From Camelus dromedarius (lineage: Eukaryota), in the NCBI RefSeq assembly GCF_036321535.1, contig NC_087436.1:70310001-70374000 (forward strand): a DNA stretch of 64,000 nt, given 5' to 3'. How positions within the stretch are numbered: the stretch's first letter is position 1; the number at the start of each line of letters is the position of its first letter. The position numbers and the translations under genes are program-made. Below the pieces are notes generated by a model that was not told the DNA's origin, made no database searches, and worked only from the letters and a program-made list of their open reading frames with translations. Shown piece by piece: positions 1-12,136 of the stretch.

Positions 1-1039
1 TCAAAATACCCTGTCATATTTTTCCATTATATTCCTTTCAGTTCCTTTACTAGGCTTACTCACCCATCATTATATCAGTTCAAACTCTGGGATGAGGCTA
101 GAAAAACACAGTTGCTTCAAAGAGAGAAGCGAAGTGGGAGAGAGAGCCTTTCAGAAACTAAAAAACTAAATGCTAGTTCAGTTTAGACATTTTTATACTT
201 TAGAGTTTTAGCTGCATGCTTATTTCTTATCTTAAAAATCAGGTTGGGTTGTGGTTGTGTGTGTGTGTTTGTATGTATGTGTATAATTTATTAGCATTCT
301 GTTGTACTATTTTTACATGCTTATTTACAAGTTTGTCTTCTCTGTCTCTTCTCCTTGAGAGTAGAGAAAATGTCTTTTATCTTAGTGTCCCTTGTTCAAG
401 AACAGTATTCCTTGACACAGTATTTCTCACATGGTAGGTGCACATTAAATGTTTATTATACCAAAGGACTGTGTTAGGTTAATACCCAAATACTATAGGC
501 ATCTTTATTTGGGTTGCCAGTTTTCCTCAAAGGCATGTTTAGCTCCTCAACCAAATGTATTCAAATAAAATCATTCTCTTCTACATTCACCTTACTTTGA
601 CATGTCTGTGTTATTCTCTATCCTTAACCCACAATTTAAAGCCCCAAGTTAAAAAGAATTGTACTGCCTAAAGAGAAATGATTTTTGAAGAAGAAAAATA
701 ATCATAAAGATGGGAGGTAAAAAAGGTTTTCTACTATGGTAATTTATACTATGTGTGATTCTAAAATACAAATGCTATATATGAAGGAAAGCTCATAAAA
801 AATGAATTTGATGGGATCTGCTTAGGTTGCATCCTGATAAATGCAGAACAGTCCAGTACCAATTTAAAAATGGCTAGATTTAAATGTCATATGCAAAAAA
901 TCTTTTTTTGGAGGAGCAGATTGTTTAAAATATATCCTGAATACATTCATAATAAACATACATATGTAATTTAAAAAATATACATACTATGTATAGGTAT
1001 ATACTGATGGTCTGTGTGCTTTTTATCTTTCTACTACAG

Positions 1040-1173
1040 ATATGAGTATCATTGGGCAGATGGAACAAACATAAAGAAGCCTATTAAGTGCTCTGCACCA
1101 AAGTATATTGATTACCTGATGACTTGGGTTCAGGACCAGTTGGATGATGAGACATTATTTCCATCAAAAATTG
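1040..1173 (+). CDS. MOB1B: MOB kinase activator 1B, internal coding exon (third from last; 134 nt)
   Basis: ctacag|A TAT GAG ... encodes YEYHWADGTNIKKPIKCSAPKYIDYLMTWVQDQLDDETLFPSKI(G); donor G|gtataa. Upstream exons lie outside the window. Confidence 0.96.
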
Positions 1174-2044
1174 GTATAACTGTTTTGTATAACTGGGATC
1201 CATCATGATTTATGTAATTTCACGCATTTCTAGGGCTTATTGGCTCTCTATTCCAGGAACCATGCTAAATTACCATACCTATCAAAATATTCCTAATGTT
1301 ATAAACTTTAAAGAGTCCTATCTTTTTCACACCAAGTTTGTCATGAACATTAAAGTAAACCTCCCTATAATTTTAAATGGTAAGGACTTCAGTGCATCTT
1401 GGATGGTAACAAATCTGGCCTGTGTTAGGAAAAAAAGAGACTAGACGTTGGATCATCTGCTGCAGTCATATCCATTTTTTTGTTTGGGAAGGGAGTTTAT
1501 ATGCCTTAAACCAGTTATATATTATTTTTATGGCAAAGAGGGTTTTTGTATTCATGACCCACAGTGTGAACCTTACAGACTGTGAAGTCAGGCTAGGTGA
1601 GAAGAAAACAAGAAGATTTGAGGGGTGAGCCTGTTATCAACTGAGTGACACTTGCTTTTTTAATATTTGTTCTTAAGGAGGACTGACCTTTCAAGTGGAA
1701 ATTGTTTACATTTAGAGAGTTCATATGATTTTACCATGTCAAACTCTTTACAACTTTGTTTTCTGAAAAAATTAGGAATTTGCCCTTCTTGACTTTTTGA
1801 CTGTATTTTATGCTTTTTTTAGTTTTGGGGAGAAGTATGTGGTGGAGGAGACAGCAGTGTAAATATTTGCTGTTATTATGGGTTGTTTTAAACACATTTA
1901 TTGAATGCTTTAACTATTTGAAGCTTTTGTAATAAAAGGTCTACTACTTTTCTACACTGCATTTCTTATATACATAGTAATGGTTTGGGATAAGTGCCCT
2001 CATCTTATTTTTTATCTTCCATAATATATTTGTTAACTTTCTAT

Positions 2045-2570
2045 TTTAACACAATTTCAGACTTTTAGAAAATTTGTAAGACTCGTGCAAAGAATCTTTA
2101 TATATCCTTCTTCCAGATTCTTTAGTTGCCAACATTTTAACACATTTGATTTCTCTCTCCCTCTCCATCCCTCCCCACCCCATATTCTCTCTTTTTCCTA
2201 AACTGTTTGAGAGTAAGTTGCATATATGATGTCCCTTTACCTGTATGTGCTTCAATGTGTATTTCCTTAGAAAATCACAGTATAACCATCAAAATCAAGA
2301 AATTAACACTGATACAATACTGTTGTCCAATTTAAATATCTTATTCAGATCTTTCAGTATTTCCTAGTCATAACCTTTATAGCAAAAGAAAATCTTTGAC
2401 ATTTATTTTCATTTAGTGCCATGTCTCTTTAGCCTACTTTTATGTGAAATATGTATACTTCAGTCTTTTTTGATCTTTCATGACCACTGACATTTTTTGA
2501 AGGGTGTAGGCATACTATTTTATATAGTGTTCCTTCATGTTGGTTTGTCTTACGTTTTCTTGTGACCTAT
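2045..2570 (-). mobile_element. Ancient L1M (L1MC/ME-like) 3' fragment in a MOB1B intron
   Basis: Typical antisense L1M 3'UTR motifs (acaatttcagacttttagaaaatttg; aaaatcaagaaattaacactgatacaatac). Confidence 0.55.
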
Positions 2571-3221
2571 ATACTATTTTTAAATGAGCAGTAGGCAATG
2601 TGATGACATTGAGTCCAGAAGTACTGGTGTTTGGTTGTGTTTTGCCAATCTGGATCATTTAGCCAGTTTAACAAAGGATATGGAATTTTGTATTTTTCCA
2701 GTTTTGTATTTGTTTAATGCTGTAAAAGTGCTCAGTTCATAAAAGAAATCTCTCTAATTGAGCAGAGACTGCAGCTAATTTCAGGTAAATGTAGATCTGG
2801 AGTAGTAATGAAAACATTTCCATAGAAAAAATATATTACAGGCATTTTAAACAAAACTGAACATGATTAATACATTATTTGTGTTCAGCATAAGTAATCT
2901 GAAGATCTGAGTATGCGTTTTAGCTCCATTACCATCTTAGGCATTTATTAGTTTCATTTTGGTAAAGTGGTGACACATTAGAGACCTAAAGGGCTATGTT
3001 GAAGACTAGTTCTTATTCCATAGAAGTGTTAAAGTTTATTATCATTCATGATATATTGAGAACATCTGAAAAGTACAACAGGTATATTAAGTAGTAATTC
3101 ACAAATACTTCTTATTTTCAGCCTTGTCTTGGTAATTTATGTTACCATTTGCTGACAAACTCATATTGCTTTGCTCTTGTCTCTTGTTTTTAATAGAAGG
3201 GATTGTGTATCTATTTTCTAG

Positions 3222-3385
3222 GTGTCCCATTCCCGAAAAATTTCATGTCTGTGGCAAAAACTATACTCAAACGCCTCTTTAGGGTTTATGCTCACATTTA
3301 TCATCAGCATTTTGACCCTGTGATCCAGCTTCAGGAGGAAGCACATCTCAATACATCTTTCAAGCACTTTATTTTTTTTGTCCAG
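3222..3385 (+). CDS. MOB1B: MOB1B penultimate coding exon (164 nt)
   Basis: ttctag|GT GTC CCA ... encodes (G)[54 protein letters not shown]; donor CAG|gtaagt; phase matches the previous exon. Confidence 0.97.
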
Positions 3386-5507
3386 GTAAGTTGGATTAGG
3401 AGGTTGTTTTTCCTCAGTGAAAGCAGTTATCTGCAGAGTTATGAGGTGAATGAATCCACAACGTCAGGATAAAATTTGCCGTATCTCTCTTGTCTCCATC
3501 CTCTTTAATACATGCCATGATGACAGAGACTGGCTGTTGGTTTCTGATTCCATTGCAAGTCTACAGTGAATCTGAGAGGTCTTAGCTTGGATTTGCTTCA
3601 GTTCACAGGCCGTAATGGAGCAACTCAATATGAAACCTGGCTAGTTTGGTAGACATATACATGAACTTGGTCTCTGAGCACATGTCCTACTTCTCTTAAC
3701 CCTCAGTTCCTGTCTGCTCTGGACTTTCTTTAGCATACTCTGGCCTGGAAATGGACTCTTAAGTATCACACCTTTTTTTCTTCCTTTTTGAAACAATATA
3801 TCAAGTAATTTTTAAGTTAGGTACTGTCCATTATTCCAAAGGGGGAAAAATGTCCCAAAGAGCATTCATATTCCAGAGTTCCATTAATCTTTGATCTGCC
3901 TCCTTAGTTGACCTCCTCTTTCTTCTCTCTTTAGTTCTCAGAGAACTGGCCTTAGAGATGTAGACTTAGAGGAGTGAGGCTATTCTTGCCCTCCTATAAT
4001 AATTAGAGAACTAAGAGGTAGGAGTGAAAAGGAGGTAGAAATGCATAAGCTGACCAGCTGTTTTTTGGTGGAGGTTGGAGAAGGGAGATGGTAAGCAGGA
4101 GAAGTCCAAGGCTTGAATCTGTGTTGTTTTTGTATATCTGTGGGCATAAACTGATAATACCTTCCCTATGCCCATCTCCATAAAGAAAAATTTGTCTATT
4201 TTCCCTCTATACACACTCCTCACACACAGGGCACACATTTCATATTTTAATTTCACCTATACAAACAAATTTTAGGAGATCATAACTTGCCAAAACTGTT
4301 GCTCTGAGCAATTACTTTACTATGGTATCCCTTCTACAGACACCCATAGAAACAAAGAAAATGTTATCCTAAAGTTTGCATCTGTGCTTTGGTTTAGGCA
4401 GAACATAACTGCTTGAGGTTTTAGTGGTTTGGGAGAGGATATTCTCCCACCAGACAGTTTTAGTTTTACCTTACTGTATGATAACTCCTAGCAAATAGAA
4501 AGAGATTAACATGTGGCATTCTGAGATTCAGAATTCCCTGCCCACATGGTCCCAAGTGTATTTCTAGGGTCTGTGTGGATCTTTTCCTTTGGTTCTCTCT
4601 TTCGAGGGAAGGTCCTATCTCTGATGCATATCCATATCTCTAGACCTTAGGGATACCCAGATGGCAGTTGGTTGTAAGTTGCATGGACATTGTCTTTATA
4701 AGCCCGCCAGGATGTCCACACAAAGGGCATGTGAGGCCCTTTGAAGTGCAGGAAGGAACTGGGGTTAGGTAGATCAGGGAGGTTTGCTGAGGACCAGGGA
4801 CTGGCTCTTTATGTCACTGCTTTCCAGTACAGAATCCTGAACTATCTTAAGAATTCAAAATTTGAATCTGTTTCCTGGCCACTGTGAAGGTATATATATG
4901 TCAATGCAGGAGAATCAAATATATATTAACAATATATTAATATATTAGTTTAATGTAAAATAAAATAACTTAGTCATGTGATATATATCCATTTGTGTTC
5001 TTGGTCCAGACCCCACAAATTTTAGGAGTAGGCTTGCTATTAAGTACCCCTTAATGCTTCTCTCCAGTACTTACTGTAATGCTTGGCACATGGTGGATGC
5101 TAATAAATGAGTGTAACTGGAACTCAGAAAGCCCCACCATGGCAGAATATCAAAAGATCAGAAGTATTGATAGCCTCTATTCATTAGCCTTATAATTTAT
5201 TGTTCAGGGGAAATCTATTCAGAATAGAATTTCAGAATGACAGTAGTGGAACTTCTAAAGACGTACATAAACACAGGCTTTCTTATTTGTTCTTTATAGG
5301 ATTTTATTTATCATTTGTGGACTCCATATTATTCATGTTATTCTCATACCACATATTATGGTAGCTTGCATGTATGTTCGTTTAGGACATAAACTAACTT
5401 ATTTACTCTTCATATAGTACTGAAATTTGCCTGAGATGCTAGATTTTTTAGACCCTGTTTCTTTGACAAATGGTGCCTAGGTTATTCCTTTTAACAGGAA
5501 GCAGCAA

Positions 5508-5680
5508 CTCTCATTTACTGAGTGTTTACTTCATGTGAGGGATTACATGAAGTGGTTAACACACAGTATCACATTTAGTTCCTACAATAACCTTATTAGG
5601 TGGGAGGATTTATCCTAAGATTTTTACAGATGTAAAACATATCAGAAGTGGTTAATTGATTTGCCTGACACAGAGCTAGG
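5508..5680 (-). mobile_element. MIR SINE
   Basis: Degenerate reverse-complement MIR core (ttttacagatg...gtggttaattgatttgcctg...agagctag). Confidence 0.55.
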
Positions 5681-5786
5681 GAATAGAAAAAAAATTCTTT
5701 TGAAAAAAACATCTGACAAATGTTAATGGAAATCTGTTTTGTAAATAATGCGTTTTTCCTGTTTCTTCTGCCTCTGTCATGCACAG

Positions 5787-5864
5787 GAATTCAACCTTAT
5801 TGATAGAAGAGAACTTGCACCACTCCAAGAACTGATTGAAAAACTCACCTCAAAGGACAGATAA
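5787..5864 (+). CDS. MOB1B: MOB1B last coding exon
   Basis: gcacag|GAA TTC ... EFNLIDRRELAPLQELIEKLTSKDR*, with TAA at 5862-5864. The LTSKDR C-terminus and adjacency to DCK indicate MOB1B rather than MOB1A. Confidence 0.96.
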   Translation, partial: EFNLIDRRELAPLQELIEKLTSKDR

Positions 5865-8800
5865 AAGGATGCAGATCTAGCAAATTGTTCCTCAAATGAA
5901 GCTGTGTGGAGTGTATTTGGATTTTATTGTATTTTATTTTTATCTTGGTTGTTTTTGTGTTAGGTTTGGGGGATTTGTTTGGGCTCCTTTTTCCTTATTC
6001 TGAATAAATGAAACCATATTCTATTGCTAGAGGAAGCCAAGAACATACATTTGATAGGGATAAATTTTGTCTTAGTGGCATACAGTATTTTTTTTTTTAA
6101 CTTGGGGAACTTTTGATAATATTGTATGTTGAAAGAAAATGCTTATTGATTGGACTGCTGATGGATGGGGGTTCTCCATTGTGCAAATTGTGGCAGATTT
6201 TTGAAGTCCCCAAAAGACTTATGTTTTTAAGTGCCTTGGCAGGCTCACTTCTGAGGTGCAAAGCACAGACACAGAACTGAACAGGGCTTGAAACAATATT
6301 AGGATTACTACCCAGGGCACTTACTGATGCATGTTTTAAAATATCTATTGATAAAAGCCATAGTTTACCTAAATTGGTGATCTCCAGCTTTTACTACATT
6401 AAAGAAACACAATTTGTAAAGGTGTGCATGTAGAGCATAAAAAAATTAGTATTTCTTAATTATTTTTGATATTACGGTAATTCTGTTCAACAGATGTTTA
6501 AAGTTCTACAAGCAGGTCTTTTCCATCTCTTGATATCTGTGATATTGAAACTTGAAGATGTTGAAATGTAATACCCATTACATTTTGGCTTCTTTCTACA
6601 TGTTAACTGCACTGTAGGTGTAAACATTCAGGTTATACAGAGGTTTGCCGTCTTCAGAGGTGATGCTGAACTGTGAGGTTTCTTAGCAATTGCCAAATGA
6701 GCCATAAGTCTGCAGAATCCCCTTCTACTTTGAAGAGGAGGGGATAGGAGTGTGTGTTTGGTTGGGGGGAGGTGGGGGTTAGTTTGTAGGGACATTATGG
6801 ATGGGATTAAATATGAGGAGTCAAATTCAAGAAAGCCCTGTCTCAGAACCCTTGAGTAGAATGGCATGAAGATTTTAATCAATACCTTGTAAACAAAGTC
6901 TTAGAGACTTCCTTTTAGGAATCGACTTCCATGAGAAGTTAAAAATAAATTATTAATTTTAGGTATAGACATAAACATGGAATTTAAGGACTGTTTAGGG
7001 AAATTGATCACTTTCCAGCATTTCCATTCAGTGAATGGAGCTGGTGTTTGCCTGTCATTTTAAAATGATACAGTACCTTCTTTGCTTATTTTAGGCCCAA
7101 TTTGAAGTATTCTGACTTCTGATTTTTCCACTGTGAAAGGAAATCTTTTTCTTTGCAGTGATATCAAACAAAGTGCTAAATTAGTAGTTATTAACTTTTA
7201 CATTTTTTTTGCCATGACTCTCTAGTGAACTATTCCTGTAAGTAAAAAGTTCAGAAACTTAGTTTTTAAAATAAATATTAATGTTTTTCACTTTGGTGTT
7301 ACTCTTGAGAAATGTCCTTTTTAGACTTCCAGTTTTAATTTTGTCATTGCTAGTAAATCTGTTTTCTTCAGTTAGAAATATATCCTCTTCCTTCAGTTAG
7401 AAATATATACCTTTCTCCTTGTAGAATAGAAATCTTGCTCTGAAATTGTATAGACTAAAAACAGTAGAAAAGAATCTAAGATGAAATCAGTTTGTTTTTA
7501 CCATTAACATGTAGAGCAGTGATACAGTTTAATGCCATTACAATTATGATCACTAGGAACTGCCTTTTTCTCCATTTCATTTCTAGCAATCATTCTCCAA
7601 CTACCAACAGTAGAAGTAACAGGAAAGCCTGGCAGAAACAAATAATACTGGACATTCATTGGCAATACTTACTTATAAACTTCAGTGAGAACTAGCTGAT
7701 TTCCTTAAAACAAATCTTTTAGTATGCATATATATAATATCAGCCACTGTGGTTTGATTCACAAATAAAATTTGGTATCTAGTGATTTTTGGGTCCTATC
7801 TAATTAGGAAAATGAACCACATGATTATTCAAGTAGTCTTCCATAGTGCATCTGACCTCATATCAACCTAGTAATCAAGGAGTTGCAATAGCCAAGTGTG
7901 GAGAGGAAAGTGAGAAATTGTTTTTGCTCATTTAAGCCTTATACAGTAGTACACTGTACACAAATGTTATTATAAATTAATGATAAATTAATGTTTAGTA
8001 GTAGGACCTACTTTTCCACTCTATGTAGATGAGTTTCTTGTCACTGTGCCAGAATCTCAGGTGCCTGCTTCTGAGTATTCCTTTAAACAGAGGTATTGGG
8101 AAGTAAGGAGATAATGTATGTGTATATACAGTAACAAAGTAGAGACGTTCTCCCAGGGAGAGGCCTGGCATTGTACATGGTGTTAACGTGGGTGCAAGTA
8201 AGGAAACACCACAGCATGTGAGAAATAACTGATTTAAAAAAAAAAAGTTGCCTTGATTCATTTGGTTCCCATGATCATTAGTAAGCTCCCCTTTATAAAA
8301 TAAGGATCAAATCTTGGTTTTACAATAGAGTTTGCTTGTAAACACCTGTTGGATTCTTTCCAGATCTCTTTATATAATTTATAAATAACTGGGATAATGC
8401 TCTGCCCCACCCCCTACTCTTCATACAGAGATATGAAGCAGAAGTTGTTTTCTCATCTGCTAATGAAAGCATAAAATATAAAGTAGTAAGTTAACACAGT
8501 ATATTTGTCACAATGCTTTGTTTAAATGTTGATATGGAGAAACTTTTAGGAATTCTTTTAAATGGTAGAGTAATGGTGGTGGAAAGAAATTAATAGGAAA
8601 GAGTGAAAATCTTTTCATTAGCTGTAGGTGGTGCTACTGGTTTTCATTTGCTGGCTTAATTCTGTTTTCCATAAAAACCATGGCATTAGGCTGCACTTAA
8701 ACAGTAAGGATATGGTCGTCAGCTGGTAGAGAATTTGGAGGTCAGTTTACCTTAAATAGAAAAATTTTAGATTTTTATCTCTTTGTACCATTGTTTGTCG

Positions 8801-11580
8801 TTTGTAAATGCTCAATGGTCAGCATAAAATTAGGTAGGAGAAGGCATGTTTGGTGTCTAATAAATGTGTCTCAGTGTGAGTTACTGCCTGGCTAATCAGG
8901 AAAGAGAAAGCACTGCATCTCTTATATTCAGGAATTACAGATAATGTAGATATCTGTATTTTACATGTAATCATCACACTCCATTTTCTGTATTAGCATT
9001 TTTCTTGCTTATGGTAAAATAGCAAAATGACAGATTTCTTTTATACCTTTGTCTACACCCTCTCTGAGAGAGGTTTTGATAACCACTGAAATGGTGAAGT
9101 ATATGAGGTACAATTCTTAAGTTGTAGGACTTCTTTTTAAAATAAGTGTCATATCTTAAACATCCAGGTGAGAGTTGATCTTCAGAGTGGTTTCTCTGGC
9201 AGGTCTACTTCTAGCAATGCTGCAAAGGTATAAATGTTTTGGGAACACTTTCAGAGATCCCTTGAGAATCGGTTTATGACTTTGCAAGAAAGTTTATTTT
9301 ATCATTTTAGTTGAACCAAAAACTTTACTGGAAGCTTAATATGACCTGTCTCACTCACCAAAACAACTTTACTTTGGCTGTTTTCTTAGAACTAAACTGT
9401 TAAGGACATTCAAAAGACTGCCATGGGCTCTGAATTTGCAGAAGAAAATGTTTTGAGCATTGATTTGTAGCATCGTTTAATAAAGGAGTAGTTTCCTGAT
9501 GTCACTACTTTGAAGTAGTATCATTTGGATGTATAAGTTTTATTTTATTTTTAAAAATTTAATTATTTTACAGTTAAATATAATAATTTAAAAAATCAAA
9601 GTCTTTTTAAAATTTTCTATTTTTTGTTCCTTTCCCTGATAACTTTTGGATCATACCTTGATTACTGTAGGATAGTTTTGATTGAACGGATAGTAAAAAA
9701 AAAAAAAAAAAAAAATCCAATATTTAAGATAGGAGTAGCTTAAGGAAACAACTTACCTCCATCCCTTTTTTTAAAACTTATTTTCACTCAAACGAACAAT
9801 TTAAAGAGTGGAGATCATTGTACAAAGAAATTGGAATACATTTTGTGTATTAATTATGCTGAATTTAAGTGTGTATCACAGATATAATATTTCAAATTGT
9901 ATAATCATTTTATATGTCATTTATAACTAACATTTTGAACATCTTTTTAAAGATACAGGACAAGAAGTATATTTGTCACTACCTACCAAGAGGAAAACTT
10001 ATTTTGAAACTTACCTGGGATATTAAGGAATATACCAATTCCTAGAAACACTATTCTAGATCTATACTTGAAGGACCACTCCTAAAATAATTTAAGTATC
10101 AGAGTTTTGTCATAATATTAAGTTTCACCATAGGAATTAAGCTATCAGTTTAATGGTGTATGAGATACTTATTTAGACGTAAAGCTATTTCAAGATTTAA
10201 TGGAAAAGTTTAATTTTGAGATATAACAATTCTGACTGCAGACAATTTGAATTTTTGAGGCTTTCATAATGAGCTCATCATGGAGAAAAATTCATTTTTG
10301 AAAGTATAAAACTGTGCTCCATGTCTGCCACTTGTAGCTGAACTGGAACTTAAATTTTGACAAAAGAGAGAAAGTAACATTAAAATACTGAGTACTCTCA
10401 GTTTTGCAGGTGTGATGCAAATTTCTTTTCCTATTAAAATACTATACAATAGAGAACATTGGATTACAATTCTCAGAGCGAACTCACTGGCCTTTCCAAG
10501 CTGTATGTTTACCTGTCATCTTCTACACTGCCCCCACCCCGTACCCCCGCAACACACACACAAACATGAAAAACAAAACAGGTTGATTGTGTAGGTCCTC
10601 ATTGTTAGTGATTCTGAAGTAATTGCTTTCAGTACATAGTTTGCAGCTGAAGTGTTGAAAGATACAACTTAACATAAGCATTTTTGGTTGTGGTTGATGG
10701 CTTGCTTTCTGTCACAGAAGCTGAGATTATGAGTGATATAATTTTAAAATTTTAATATTTAATTTGTTACATATTATTAAATTCTTATATGTGTGGGTGT
10801 TTCTTACAGATTTGCACGTTTTCATTTTTTTGTTTACTTAATTGTGCAGGTTGTGAAATAGATGAACACATTTTCATTTTAAGAACACTTCTCTCCTTAA
10901 ATTGTTCTGCAGAGATAACTATTTTTAGGGGAAATAGTTTTTTACAACCACTAAATTGTATTTGTTATTTTTGTACATGCATAAGTAGGTTGGTAATGGC
11001 ACTAATCTTGTGAGGAAAACTTTTATTTTATTTGAACTTTTCCTATACATCACTACTTAAAATAATCTACCAACAGCGTCATGAAATCTAGGTTGAGAGA
11101 GAGTACAATAAACATGAGACCACTTAAAGTTTGAATAGGATCATTTCTGAGGACAAAACTGCCAGTGCCAGAAATGGAAGCAAGAGGCAGCACTCACACT
11201 GCAAGTATTGTAGAACATGAGTAAGGACAGGACCCTGCTCTCCTGGAGATGGACAGTTCCTCTCTGTAGTAAAGTAGCTGGAAGGGGAAAAAATGGTCTA
11301 ACACCTGAAATGCAGTGTGGGCGCCATATTGTAAACTGTGCCAAGATTACTCAAATTGTCGTCGTCATTGATCAAACTTCAATTGCTTCATCATTTTTGT
11401 TTTAAAGGAGGATACTGAATGTCAGAGAATCTGTAATATGTTTTAACTGAGAGATGTAAATAATGTATACAGACTTGTATGTGATGGGATTGGAAATATT
11501 TAAATTTTAGGGTTTTTTTAAAAGGAAGAAACTGAATGTTTATTTAAAAATAATAATAAATAGTTATGTTTGGCCATGAA
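5865..11580 (+). other. MOB1B: MOB1B long 3'UTR
   Basis: AT-rich, largely transposon-free sequence after the stop, ending at AATAAA 11555-11560 followed by T-rich sequence; a long UTR is known for MOB1B. The exact end is inferred. Confidence 0.7.
11555..11560 (+). terminator. Probable distal polyadenylation signal of MOB1B
   Basis: AATAAA at the end of a motif-dense terminal UTR block, with T-rich sequence downstream; repeats resume shortly after. Confidence 0.6.
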
Positions 11581-11925
11581 TCCTGACTTTGCATTACTAT
11601 TTATTTTTGCTTTAGGTATCCCCACACTGAAAACGTTCCTAGAAAAATATTGAAGGTGTACGAAGTATGTTGAACATTTAAAATTTGTTAGGCATTATAT
11701 TTTTTTATAATGTTGAAAACAATCCTAGAAGTTAGTGTCTCTGTCTTCTGTACTAGAAAACAAAAGTTCAGAAAATTGTATGAGTCACTGATTAGGACTA
11801 GGGTTTAAAAACCCAAATATGCTTGACCTTGAAGCTAGTGTTTTGTTTATTCTTTAAATATACTATTACCATGAAAATAGTTAGCAAAATAATTATTTTC
11901 TATATATATATATAGCTTGACCTTT

Positions 11926-12136
11926 TTTTTTAGTTTGATTAGAGTCTGTTTTAAACATTTTTTATTGATTTATAATCATTTTACAATGTTGTGTCAAATT
12001 CCAGTGTAGAGCACAATTTTTCAGTTATACATGAACATATATATTCATTGTCAACATTTTTTTCTCTGTGAGCTACCATAAGATCTTGTATATATTTCCC
12101 TGTGCTATATAGTATAATCTTGTTTATCTATTCTAC
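11926..12136 (-). mobile_element. Young 5'-truncated L1 3' end with a 13-bp TSD
   Basis: Antisense L1 3' terminus (ttttttattgatttataatcattttacaatgttgtgtc...) flanked by perfect TAGCTTGACCTTT at 11913-11925 and 12137-12149. Confidence 0.85.
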
